From NCBI GenBank assembly GCA_020696385.1, contig JAEHCQ010000003.1, forward strand, positions 33,889 to 97,888: 64,000 nt of DNA, given 5' to 3'. The DNA is from Methanobacteriota archaeon. GTDB taxonomy: Archaea; Thermoplasmatota; Thermoplasmata; SG8-5; JAGLSY01. Positions 51,001 to 59,092 of this stretch are shown in pieces (positions within the stretch are counted from its first letter, which is position 1; each line of letters opens with the position of its first letter). The notes beneath the pieces were generated by a model. That model worked only from the letters and a program-made list of their open reading frames with translations. It did not search any database and was not told the origin of the DNA. Both the position numbers and the translations under genes were made by a program.

Positions 51001-54000
51001 ACCACTGTTGGTGATCTTAAACCCAGAGATATTGGCCCAGTCCGATGTGATCTGAGCAGAAGTTCCGGTTCCCAGAGCATCGATGGTGGTATTATCCATG
51101 CTGGCTCCGATCAATGTCAGAGCTTTGCTGACCACGACATTCTCATAATACTCACCCTCGCCCACAGTTATCGTGTGGCCGTCAAGGGTATCTGCATCGT
51201 CTATGGCCATCTGGATGGTCAAGAACTGTTCGCCAGAATCTGTATTGATGACCGAGCCTATGGCATTGGCAAGTGGGAAAGCATCCATATTCAGGCCAAT
51301 GACATATGGTACATCCACTATGCCATTGAGATCCGCATCTGGTGTCTGCCAGTCATTCCAATAATTACCCTGAGAGAGTATGCTGGATCCCCATGCATTC
51401 TCATCCAGCTCATAGACCTGGACACCATTGTCAATGAAATTGTTATGATAAAGGATATTGTCATTTCCTTCTTCAATATAAATCCCATATCCGAGATTAT
51501 CTTGGATCGTGTTATTTGTAAACATGTTGGTACGGTTCACTTGTAATGTAGCAGCTATCTCAGGTATGGCTCTAAGGAAAGGATAGGATGTGCCTTCATT
51601 GATATCCCAAACAGTAGTGAAGTCCCAGCCTGTGAATGTTGCTTCTTGCTGCATCTCGACTGTTGTCTTTCCAGTTCCGTCTGCACTAACCAGGTTCCCT
51701 GATGCATCTGTATCCCAGAAGCAATTGGTGACCGTGCCTATGATATCATATCCGACAAAGCCTCCCACAAAGGAGGTGCCTGTAGCATTGCCCGTGCTGT
51801 AGGAGTTCATGACCAAGCCTTCATTTCTTCCAACGAAGCCGCCAACTGAGCCACCGACCCCACTGGCACTGCCTGTGCTGTAGCAATTCGTTATTGAATC
51901 ATCACTCCATCCGACAAAGCCTCCAATATAATCCTCTCCATTGGCACTACCTGTACTGAAGCTGTTCATGATCGAACCCCAGTTCTCTCCAGCAAAGCCA
52001 CCGATGGAATCTCCTGTTCCGGTGGCATCGCCTGTACTGGAGCAGTTCTCGATAGTACCGGCATCGTTCACTCCAATGAAACCGCCAATTGAGAGGTCTC
52101 CAAGGACGATAGTAGTGCTGGAGCATTCTGTTATCAAACCAGCATCATTCCATCCTACAAAGCCACCTACTCCCTGAGAACCGCTCGCATTACCTGCGCT
52201 GAAGCAATTTGTTATCGTACCACCTGTATTTCTTCCAATGAAGCCGCCAACTCTGTGTGTAGTTCCTGTAATATCCCCAGTTGAATTGGAGTTCGTTATT
52301 GTTCCTTGGCCTAGACCCACAAGGGCTCCAACAAACTGATCACCAGTTATGTTGCAGTTGTCCAATATCAGATTGGTAACGGATGAAGGGATACCCAGAT
52401 AACCGAAAAGTCCAACATAATCTGTTGCTGGCCTATTGATGAATAGTCCATCGATCTCATATCCTTGGCCATCAAGTGAGCCTGAGAATTGGGTTGCAAG
52501 AGTTCCAATTGGTTCAAAGCCAGCTCCTGCATTCCATGTTGATGTGGCACTTGCATCGATATCATTCATCAAGTAGTAATCCACAGTCAGATCCAAACTC
52601 ATATTTTGGAGTTCAAAGACATTGAATATCATATTGGATGGTGCATTTGTTATTTGGAATGGATAACCGCTTCCATCCATTACTGCCCATACAGTAGTGA
52701 AATCCCAGCCAGTGTATGTCGATTGCTGTTGCATCTCGGCCGTGGTCTTTCCGTAAAGATCGACAATTCCTGTGTTGGATCCAAAGCCAGTCATCGATCC
52801 AGATGTATCCGTGTCCCAGAAACATGGGTCGATCGTGCCTTCATTCTCACCTGCGAATGCTCCAATATCTGAATTGCCGGTTGGAATACCCGTGCAATAG
52901 CTATTGATGATAGTTCCGAATATAGAGCCAACAGTGTTGATGCCAACAAAGCCACCGACCTTATTGTATCCGTTCACATCACTAAGACTGTATGAATTAT
53001 TGATGTAGTATTTGTTGGTTCCAGCAAAGCCGCCGTAACCATTGCCGGTGGTAGTATTGCCAACAGTGCCTGTGCTGAAACTTTGGACTATCGGGCCTTC
53101 ATTGAATCCAACGAAGCCGCCGACATCTAAAGCACCGTCAACATCCCCAGTGGCCGAGCAATCCTTGATCTCCATGATACCGAAAGATTTGGAGTGAATT
53201 CCCACAAAACCACCTATGGATGAGGAGAATGTAGAGCTAACGACCTTTGTGCTACTTGAGCTTCCGGTTATCTCGCCATAATTCTCTCCAACAAAGCCAC
53301 CGATCTGACTATTTCCATATAATAAGCCACCAGCACTGCAATCTGTGATAGTTCCAGTGTTAAGTGCCGTTAAGCCTCCTGCCATACCTCCAGAGGTTTG
53401 ATTTAAGAAACCAAATGTAGAGCTATCAGATATTGTCGAGCTCCAGGCCTGGCCAACTAAACCACCGAGGTATGATTTTCCTTCGATGTAGATATTGGTC
53501 ATGTGAACATTTTGGATCGTCGCGCCCCAAGTGTATCCAAACAATCCAAGATCACTCTCACCTGGACGAACCATTATCAAGCCGTTAATAGTGTATCCTT
53601 GACCATCCAGAGTACCCTGGAATGGACCACTTGAAGATCCAACAGTGACGAAACCCAGACCACCATTCCATGTTGATGTAGCACTTGCATCGATATTATT
53701 CATTATCTTATAGCTGGCTGTCAGATCATCATTCATTTCCTGAAGCTCATTGACATTGGTTATCTGATATGGATCACCAGGAGTTCCCGTGCCAGTACCT
53801 GTGAAGAAAGGTGCAGGAGTTGGAATTGGCTGTGAAGCAGTTCCTACATTTGTCTGACCTATCGTGCTAAATGGCGCATTGTAAGTTCCATTTATGAATA
53901 TTCCATCACCAGTATTTCCGACGATCGTGTTCCTGCTGATATCATTCACAACACCACTGTGGGTTGCGAGATCGTAAAGGTAGAGACCATCGCCATTGTT

Positions 54001-57000
54001 ATTCAATATCATGTTGTTTGTAATATCAATGTTAACGGAATAGTTGACAGCTATCCCATCATATCCGCTGTTACCGACAGTGTTGTTCCTCACTGGCGTG
54101 TCTTGAGCTTCCAATAGCCAGATACCGAAGTGACTGCTATTCCAGACCTCATTGTTCTCCACGGTATTGTTGTGGTGTGGGTTGTCATAAGTTCCGCCAT
54201 AATCATTCAGAATAGCAATGCCAGTCCAATTGCTGTTCGTGACATTATTTCCAATGATTTTTGTATTGTCTACCTCATATACTCCCCATAACAAACCAAT
54301 TCCATAGTTCCTGCTATCCGAGATAGTATTGTAAAGTATCTGATGATCGCTACCCTGGCCGAAATAAATACCGTGGCTGTTATTCGTGATATTATTGTAT
54401 CTAACTATATGCCCCCAGGTATTTCCACCGCCGATTCCGATCCCACCATTATCATAAACATCATTGTACTGATAAATACCATTGTTAGCATAACTCATAT
54501 AAGCACCATATATGTCATTGTTATGAATGGAATTGTTCTCTATGGTATTATAGTTACAACCATAATCATTTCCGATGCCGAAATAATAGTTATCAAATAC
54601 GTCATTATCCGCTATAACATTGTAATCTGAATATCTTTCAATATGGATACCACCATCAAAACTGCCCATACCCAGTCCATTGTTGTAGACTGTGTTTTCC
54701 CTTACAATATTGTAATCTGTTATACCAGTGAAAGAATACAGGTTTATGCCGTCCTCGTCATTATCGAAGACGGTGTTATTTGAAACTGTGTTATATCCTG
54801 CCTGATAGAGTAATATTCCGTTCTCCCTTTGCGAGTCAGAGACAGTGTTATTATCAATGATGTTCCATGATCCAGTAGATACCTGAATTCCATTGTATTC
54901 ACAGAAAGATATCGTATTGTTCAATATCATATTGGAGCTCGTGGACTGAACTCGGATTCCATCATAATCGCTGGCTGTTATTATATTACCCTCAATGGTA
55001 TTTGAGCTTCCAGCAGATATCCTGATACCATGCTGAGATCCGTACATGATATTGTCATACACATGAACATTGGTCACAGTGTCCAGGTTAACACCAGCAT
55101 CTGCACTTAAGCTGGTTCCGCCATTGGTGACATTGAATCCAGTTATGTTCACCCAGTTGGACTGGATATCCATAACTTTACCGACTCCACTGCCGTCAAT
55201 TGTTGTATTGTCCCTGCCAGCTCCCTGTATTGTCAGGGTCTTGTTGACTATGACATTCTCTGTGTATGTGCCTTCTGCAACAATGATCGTGTGCCCATCC
55301 ACTGTGTTTGAATCATCAATAGCTTCCTGGATATCTGAGAATGTATCACCAGTATCGATGTTTTCAACGGGGTCTGCTAAAAATGGCCAGCCACTTGGAG
55401 ATACCCAGGGGAAGTCGTCCTGGCCATTGGTGGAAAAGATGGTGTTCCAGGAACCTGCAGATGTCCATTCAATACCCATGTAAGGCGTGTCGCCTATGCC
55501 ATCGCCGTTACCATCAGCACCTGCATAGTCATCCCAGTAGTTACCACCAGATGGAAGTCCATTATCCCAGAATGGATTGCCGCTGTCAAAGGCATGGAAT
55601 CCAAGGTTGTTAATGAAATTATTATTGAAAATGACGGCTCCGATGTTCGGGCCATCCACAGTAATACCATTACCAGCGTTGCCGGAAATGGTATTGTTCT
55701 CTATGAAAGCATTATCCATATTAGCTCCGATATGAATACCATGTTGCAATGTACCAGTTACATTAAATCCAGATATCTCGACATTTGGTGCACCGATATA
55801 GAAACCAATATTGTTGACACCCTCGCCATCAAGAATGGTATTGTCCTTGTTCTCTCCGGTTATGATCAGTTCCTTGTCGATATTGACAGATTCATTGTAT
55901 GTTCCGGATTCGACAAATATCTCGTGGCCATCCAATGTCTCAGAAGCATCAATGGCTTCCTGAATGGTCCTGTATGTGAAACCAGTGTCCAAATTACTCA
56001 CTGGAGTCACCCAATAATTTGCCACCATCCAAGGATAAGCATCCGACCCAGTGCCTGGAATCGCTCGTGCTGTGTCTCCAATGCCATCTGAATTCGCATC
56101 TACGCCAATATAATCATCCCAATAATTACCACCAGTTGGGAGAGATTGAGACCATATTTGGGTGCCAGAGCCTTCGGAGTAAGCATGCATGGCATTACCA
56201 ATGAAATTATTGTTGTATATCTGGGTCTGAGGACCTTGTGAATTTGAAATAAAGTATAAATGGATACCGTATTGGCTGGCGCCAGAGATTGTGTTTCCAA
56301 TTATCCGATTATTGTGGGTGGCACTGAGATAAATGCCTAATGTGCCGCCAGTGATCGTGTTCGATTCGATGATGTTTCCAATACTTGGAAATCTTTGAAT
56401 GTACATACCATATGTATTGGATGTGAATGTGTTATCCTTAATTGAGGTGTAGGATGATTCCCAATCCCATATGCCTCTTGCATTGCTAGTCATTGTATTA
56501 TTGTTTATGTCATTGTGATCGGCTCCCACATATAAGGCAACAGCAGATGAATAACTAGATGTGAATGTATTTCCTGTGATCACATTGTAGGTGGCTCCTT
56601 GCAGCAATATACCCTGGCCATTGTCATGAATGATATTGTTCTCTATCAAGCAGTGATCGAAATTGTTAATGTAAATTCCACCATTGAGATTATATTGGTA
56701 TGAATTCTGTATTTTGAGATCCTTCACGGTCACATAGTCTGCCTGTATGTTCACAGTGTGCGTGACTAGGCCACCATCTATGATAGTGGTCAACGGATCC
56801 TCTCCCTGAAGTGTGATGGCTTTATCGATCACCACATTCTCAAAGTATGTTCCCGCACTGACCAGGATCGTATGCCCGTCTAGTGTCTCAGAGGCATCAA
56901 TAGCCTCCTGGATCGTGTTATAGCCAAAACCTGTGTCAATATTCTCCACAAGATATAGGGCATTGTCTTCATCTCCAAGATTCATCCCTATAACACTCAC

Positions 57001-57057
57001 TGGCATTATCATCATTACTGCTAATACAATTCCTAATATCTGTTGAACTGATCTCAT
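45010..57057 (-). CDS. giant cell-surface protein (~4015 aa): signal peptide, >=6 right-handed beta-helix modules, two blocks of GLUG repeats, ~780-aa Trp-rich N-glycosylation-sequon-dense alpha-helical repeat stalk, TM anchor, cytoplasmic zinc-ribbon tail
   Basis: SD ggagagg lies 6 nt before ATG 57057 (MRSVQQILGIVLAVMMIMPVSVIG); the ORF track's longer start at 57084 is less likely. Beta-helix modules begin with ...FTTIQEAIDASETLDGHTILVSAGTYFENVVIDKAITLQG. GLUG blocks include GGLVGQAWSS..., IGGFVGENYG..., VGGFIGRNTGG.... The C-terminal third is repetitive (...AYWTDFNATWATWDAQFDSYWSYFNTT...LNITLQ...) with ~430-bp DNA periodicity around 46.1-47.4 kb. The TM segment is IIMLLLIIVIILLLVNTVI. The tail is KCAYCGVSGKTGSSDGEGDFVCNDCADSMKTSEEE, a CxxC...CxxC arrangement. 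Confidence 0.85.
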   Translation of the reverse strand: MRSVQQILGIVLAVMMIMPVSVIGMNLGDEDNALYLVENIDTGFGYNTIQEAIDASETLDGHTILVSAGTYFENVVIDKAITLQGEDPLTTIIDGGLVTHTVNIQADYVTVKDLKIQNSYQYNLNGGIYINNFDHCLIENNIIHDNGQGILLQGATYNVITGNTFTSSYSSAVALYVGADHNDINNNTMTSNARGIWDWESSYTSIKDNTFTSNTYGMYIQRFPSIGNIIESNTITGGTLGIYLSATHNNRIIGNTISGASQYGIHLYFISNSQGPQTQIYNNNFIGNAMHAYSEGSGTQIWSQSLPTGGNYWDDYIGVDANSDGIGDTARAIPGTGSDAYPWMVANYWVTPVSNLDTGFTYRTIQEAIDASETLDGHEIFVESGTYNESVNIDKELIITGENKDNTILDGEGVNNIGFYIGAPNVEISGFNVTGTLQHGIHIGANMDNAFIENNTISGNAGNGITVDGPNIGAVIFNNNFINNLGFHAFDSGNPFWDNGLPSGGNYWDDYAGADGNGDGIGDTPYMGIEWTSAGSWNTIFSTNGQDDFPWVSPSGWPFLADPVENIDTGDTFSDIQEAIDDSNTVDGHTIIVAEGTYTENVIVNKTLTIQGAGRDNTTIDGSGVGKVMDIQSNWVNITGFNVTNGGTSLSADAGVNLDTVTNVHVYDNIMYGSQHGIRISAGSSNTIEGNIITASDYDGIRVQSTSSNMILNNTISFCEYNGIQVSTGSWNIIDNNTVSDSQRENGILLYQAGYNTVSNNTVFDNDEDGINLYSFTGITDYNIVRENTVYNNGLGMGSFDGGIHIERYSDYNVIADNDVFDNYYFGIGNDYGCNYNTIENNSIHNNDIYGAYMSYANNGIYQYNDVYDNGGIGIGGGNTWGHIVRYNNITNNSHGIYFGQGSDHQILYNTISDSRNYGIGLLWGVYEVDNTKIIGNNVTNSNWTGIAILNDYGGTYDNPHHNNTVENNEVWNSSHFGIWLLEAQDTPVRNNTVGNSGYDGIAVNYSVNIDITNNMILNNNGDGLYLYDLATHSGVVNDISRNTIVGNTGDGIFINGTYNAPFSTIGQTNVGTASQPIPTPAPFFTGTGTGTPGDPYQITNVNELQEMNDDLTASYKIMNNIDASATSTWNGGLGFVTVGSSSGPFQGTLDGQGYTINGLIMVRPGESDLGLFGYTWGATIQNVHMTNIYIEGKSYLGGLVGQAWSSTISDSSTFGFLNQTSGGMAGGLTALNTGTITDCSAGGLLYGNSQIGGFVGENYGEITGSSSSTKVVSSTFSSSIGGFVGIHSKSFGIMEIKDCSATGDVDGALDVGGFVGFNEGPIVQSFSTGTVGNTTTGNGYGGFAGTNKYYINNSYSLSDVNGYNKVGGFVGINTVGSIFGTIINSYCTGIPTGNSDIGAFAGENEGTIDPCFWDTDTSGSMTGFGSNTGIVDLYGKTTAEMQQQSTYTGWDFTTVWAVMDGSGYPFQITNAPSNMIFNVFELQNMSLDLTVDYYLMNDIDASATSTWNAGAGFEPIGTLATQFSGSLDGQGYEIDGLFINRPATDYVGLFGYLGIPSSVTNLILDNCNITGDQFVGALVGLGQGTITNSNSTGDITGTTHRVGGFIGRNTGGTITNCFSAGNASGSQGVGGFVGWNDAGLITECSSTTIVLGDLSIGGFIGVNDAGTIENCSSTGDATGTGDSIGGFAGENWGSIMNSFSTGSANGEDYIGGFVGWSDDSITNCYSTGSASGVGGSVGGFVGRNEGLVMNSYSTGNATGTSFVGGFVGYDIIGTVTNCFWDTDASGNLVSADGTGKTTVEMQQEATFTGWDFTTVWDINEGTSYPFLRAIPEIAATLQVNRTNMFTNNTIQDNLGYGIYIEEGNDNILYHNNFIDNGVQVYELDENAWGSSILSQGNYWNDWQTPDADLNGIVDVPYVIGLNMDAFPLANAIGSVINTDSGEQFLTIQMAIDDADTLDGHTITVGEGEYYENVVVSKALTLIGASMDNTTIDALGTGTSAQITSDWANISGFKITNSGSSGNDAGLAIWYAEHVKVESVNVTGNYFGLGYYNSNYSYVANSSMGSNILTGIRVVWNSNFNLIENNMVYDNGNLGIYVADGSDSNTITQNDIIDNIGQLRITSVSQWNNVTWNDLSASSTAQNILQIDGPTNCIVDNNTITGGATGIYFTGASNNIISHNTISDTNSYGIDMYSASDSTKVHNNTIINTNLYGIISTGNSNIFRDNDILDSNSYGMRFRGSSNIIAWNTINNSAANGLSMYGTSTLNTIHNNTVTNSTVDGIALEDDDCDNNKILDNTIQYNRIGIYVYHGDSNKIYRNEISYNSEEGINFYWYADWAEVIDNYVHNNTGAGIYFEGSYPDDAIIESNTVGFNGGQGIQMDSTSPHYIANNTIYNNTGTGLYLFSDGATVFQNMIYGNGLDGLMLNGADGVIVRYNDFYDNAANGINIVNTDLCDINNNTILNSGIGFRIWDYSDNNLIRWNMVSGNGNGIWNGGSANTANGNEISNNTFRDGTNGIYVTSPGSFNGNYIFHNNFINNTVHILDSFAANTYNLGYAQGGNYFDTWTSPDINWDGFVDVPYVIDGDSTDYFPHTNPFGWNMLHPDQHVLNWDQGLWYDTLQGAIANASDGDELHLDDMTYFEDVTVDGVDVLIRDSSFNLTGQLVIRNGGTLTVDPSFWNQTGDIWVESGGSLILDETELRMNNAFHGQYLIQVNSTGTFNLIEGSTVMSNTTFGYLINVMSGAGFRVENSTIRDAGWDWSNEGVEVYANGVFLYNATFTGNAHGLYLRSDNNYIINSTISNSDEGYGLYLRDADYNTIINTVITNSDSGGVFAFNCDYNTIEGSTITSSLWRGIRLQSSNYNVINGSTFNSNAQNDISLSDSDSNYVTNNLMSSSMIGVLVTLTSTGNLVSGNTITGAISEGIRLSDGTFGNTVISNIITSSPIGIYSWDSGDNLITGNTMNALTAFGLGVRGSDYTTPMSLNTITNSPTGVFGVDSTFTIENFTFSGNGFELALDQDSHITTLNSTFNKASINYMDALSTLEIQWFMDVYVRDDMMQPVPGAQVEIADIFNTPLYNVNADANGYARWNIVTEYVEDQASQTANTPHLAIANNGLLMGSTVASIDMSKEVTVTLSSTTPPTNVDVTTGLQYDANGVEYDIMASVTQNGQALVPDAFTNVSVTIFDDTMTKIVDNASMNILDASFGLYTYSDSIPAAGTYFVAVNAQIAGFNYIGITSFEVVGWIQTITDINATVTANNALIQAYWTDFNATWATWDAQFDSYWSYFNTTTDGLNITLQDQIAIVYTQMNDFEGNMTALLNDLDADLGQLDINVTNMDAVMQAYFQSMWDEHNDTQALHGLYWADWNMTSAALGADIDFLNATLLQVQLDLASLDATANIILAQLLAHRDDFNLTWDNWHLYFQAYQNYLNTTMDGLNLTIQAEGASIRSQMSGFEANITLLLSDLSGNLGQLDANLTSMDAAMQNYFQIMWGQHNDTHTLQSLYWTSWNTTMTQIQNDLNFANMTQLAMQSSLNDLRAEFTVFWAHYNTTMAAQTSQINDWFNTTWADASSQTSQVNDWFNMTWGDIMAQTSQTNAWFNTTWTDMAATESYISGMLSSQDLNISAMDASIASMRFAMDSGMTNLSMENMMTYGQISAYWADFNTTLDLMQADVDYVNATLLQVQIDLAWLNMSVSDLQADIDYLNMTVASLYSDLWQVEGNLTSLIDGLNLTFMDELARVDFALYSQIMNQTADLTLLLDGLSMDLDGLNITMQDGLASALIDMIAALDADTAYLDSRIVDLENMVDGFYSDLNNSLAGLRELLVSHDENMTADLVLLDDTIRDLNSLTLAELTQRLNWISANLSSHDIGALLYLQALNQDIMDFQDNINATLADIDDTLAELAKLDEIRADLFTLAQSLDEAEASVMDKVGAESSEQQGNQNIIMLLLIIVIILLLVNTVISMRKGGSDKEKPEPAKEDKCAYCGVSGKTGSSDGEGDFVCNDCADSMKTSEEE

Positions 57058-57310
57058 ATTTGTCCTCTCCGATTCATTGTGCACGCAAATCGCGTACCTT
57101 AACTCTGTTACAACACGGGATTAACAGATTATTAATATAGTTATGCACTAATAAAAATAAATATGAATATATGTATATAATGCACCATATAATAATTAAC
57201 GATGGTTAATGAAACTATTGTAATAATAAAATGTTAATTATTATATGCAAAACGCACCATTATTACACCCAATGATGCGGAAAGATAACTAAAAAATAAG
57301 ATATAAAGCA

Positions 57311-57331
57311 AAAGCGCCGAGGGGGAGACGA
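57311..57331. repeat. 21-bp direct repeat of the tRNA-Ser 3' end + flank (att-like)
   Basis: gcaaaagcgccgagggggaga is identical to 57441-57461. The second copy is the 3' end of the tRNA-Ser gene on the minus strand. Confidence 0.7.
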
Positions 57332-57447
57332 GCAAAGATGTTTCTTTGCGAGCAAGACCAAAAATGTTACATATTCCAGCGATGACTTTTGGTTGTAGTT
57401 TTCGAATCGACCCCTCAGCGCTGGCTATCAATATTAAAATGCAAAAG

Positions 57448-57567
57448 CGCCGAGGGGGAGATTCGAACTCCCGAGGTGAAACACCACCGGCTTTCTGACC
57501 CAGAAATGAAATGAAATGACATTTCTGAATTCGAGGCCGGCGCCCTACCGGACTAGACTACCTCGGC
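57448..57567 (-). tRNA. tRNA-Ser (anticodon CGA) with 37-nt intron at position 37/38, long variable arm, discriminator G73, no encoded CCA
   Basis: The reverse complement reads GCCGAGG-TA-GTCT-AGTCCGGTA-GGGC-G-CCGGC-CTCGAA[TTCAGAAATGTCATTTCATTTCATTTCTGGGTCAGAA]A-GCCGG-TGGTGTTTCACCTC-GGGAG-TTCGAAT-CTCCC-CCTCGGC-G. The intron contains an 8-bp internal helix (CAGAAATG/CATTTCTG) and an (ATTTC)x3 repeat. Confidence 0.8.
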
Positions 57568-57636
57568 TTTTGGTTTATATATTCAGAGAGGTAGGAAAGT
57601 ACGGGTTAGGCCCGTGAGTGAAACGTCAGGGCCGGT

Positions 57637-57658
57637 TACCGGACTAGACTACCTCGGC
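57637..57658 (-). pseudogene. partial duplicate of the tRNA-Ser 5' 22 nt (no T-arm or 3' acceptor)
   Basis: The minus strand reads GCCGAGGTAGTCTAGTCCGGTA, identical to tRNA-Ser positions 1-22, then diverges (ACCGGCCCTGACGTTTCACTCACGGGCC...). It lies ~70 bp upstream of the intact tRNA-Ser. Confidence 0.6.
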
Positions 57659-57754
57659 ATATGCTAAGTTCCCTGTAATATCACCAATTATAAAATCTCA
57701 CCTATCAAACGAAAAGGTTATTTCTATTCCGGCAATACGGGTGTCGGTGAGCCC

Positions 57755-59092
57755 ATGGCCCAGAATAATGAAGAAAAGCAGATGCTGGATTATCTCGGCA
57801 TAGATTCGGTAGAGAGACTGTTCGATGACATACCAGAGCAGGTCAAGGTAGATGGACTTGACCTTCCATGTGGTGTTTCCGAGCTGGAAGTAAAAAGGCA
57901 GCTCGGGAAGATACTGAACAGGAATGTTTCGGTGGACGATATCCCTTCATTCCTCGGCTCTGGAACCTATGATATTTACATCCCTTCAGCAGTGGGCGCG
58001 ATACTGGGCCGCTCCGAATTTTATTCATCCTATACACCTTATCAGCCAGAAACCAGCCAGGGCATGCTGCAATCGATGTTCGAGTACCAATCAATGATGA
58101 GCGAATTGACTGGAATGGAAGCAGTCAACAATTCGATGTATGACTGGGCGACCGCGCTTGGAGAGGCGATTCTTATGTCCGCACGCCTGAAAAAAGGCGG
58201 ACAGTTCCTTGTTCCTCGTATGATAAGCGCATCAAAGCGCTCGGTCCTTGACAATTATGTTGATGGGGCCGGGATACAGATCGTGGAAATTGGCCATGAT
58301 GAGAAGACTGGCCAGTTGGATCTTGATGATCTGAAATCGAAGATCACACCTGAAACAATTGGGGCCTATGTGGAATCACCCAATATGTTCGGCGTATTCG
58401 AGGAGAAGATGGAGCAATTCAGGGAGATACTGGCCGACAGAATAATGGTAGTCGGAGCAAACCCGCTTTCCCTGGCGATCGCAAAACCACCCGGGGAGCA
58501 CGGGGCGGACATAGTGATAGGCGATGGCCAGATCTTTGGAAATCCCATGAACTATGGAGGGCCGCATTTGGGCTTTTTCTCTTGTAAGAAAAAGCTGGTC
58601 AGAAAGATGCCGGGCAGAATTGTAGGATTGACACATGACACTGATGGCCAGCAGGCTTATTGTATGACCCTGCAGACCCGTGAACAGCATATTCGCCGTG
58701 AAAAGGCAACATCCAATATCTGCTCCAATGAAGCATTGACCACACTGGCTGCCGCGGTCTATATGTCATTGAAAGGCGGAAAAGGACTTCAAGAACTGGC
58801 CATGGAATTAATGGAGAAGGCCAGTGCTCTGGGCCAGCGTCTATCGACCATCGAAGGCGTGAGGACACCCTGCTTTGATGGATATTCATTTAATGAGATA
58901 ACAGTAGAATTACCTGCCTCCGCCAGTATAATATTTGACGAACTGGCAGAGAGGAATATCATCGGCGGAAAGCCTCTCGCCGATGTGCCCGGAATGGAGA
59001 ATATGATGGTCTTTGCGGTGACTGACAAGACCACGGATGGCGATATAGAGAAGCTGGCTACTGCTCTTAATGAGATACTGGGGGCGATTTGA
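57755..59092 (+). CDS. gcvPA: glycine dehydrogenase (decarboxylating) subunit 1
   Basis: 445 aa with the typical GcvPA N-terminus (MLDYLGIDSVERLFDDIPE...) and ...SYTPYQPETSQGMLQSMFEYQSMMSELTGMEAVNNSMYDWATA.... Confidence 0.9.
   Translation: MAQNNEEKQMLDYLGIDSVERLFDDIPEQVKVDGLDLPCGVSELEVKRQLGKILNRNVSVDDIPSFLGSGTYDIYIPSAVGAILGRSEFYSSYTPYQPETSQGMLQSMFEYQSMMSELTGMEAVNNSMYDWATALGEAILMSARLKKGGQFLVPRMISASKRSVLDNYVDGAGIQIVEIGHDEKTGQLDLDDLKSKITPETIGAYVESPNMFGVFEEKMEQFREILADRIMVVGANPLSLAIAKPPGEHGADIVIGDGQIFGNPMNYGGPHLGFFSCKKKLVRKMPGRIVGLTHDTDGQQAYCMTLQTREQHIRREKATSNICSNEALTTLAAAVYMSLKGGKGLQELAMELMEKASALGQRLSTIEGVRTPCFDGYSFNEITVELPASASIIFDELAERNIIGGKPLADVPGMENMMVFAVTDKTTDGDIEKLATALNEILGAI

Noticed and set aside
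18244-57084. Numerous 60-230-aa ORF-track entries inside the three giant genes (e.g. 18244..18945+, 23798..24241-, 47737..48360+, 50956..51546+, 55594..56091+)
   Set aside because: They are all antisense or out-of-frame within long, domain-rich ORFs. Their low-complexity and repeated translations reflect the repetitive sense strand.
57585-57660. Second complete tRNA-Ser gene upstream of the intron-containing one
   Set aside because: Only the first 22 nt match tRNA-Ser. There is no T-arm and no complementary 3' acceptor strand. It is called a partial duplicate or pseudogene instead.
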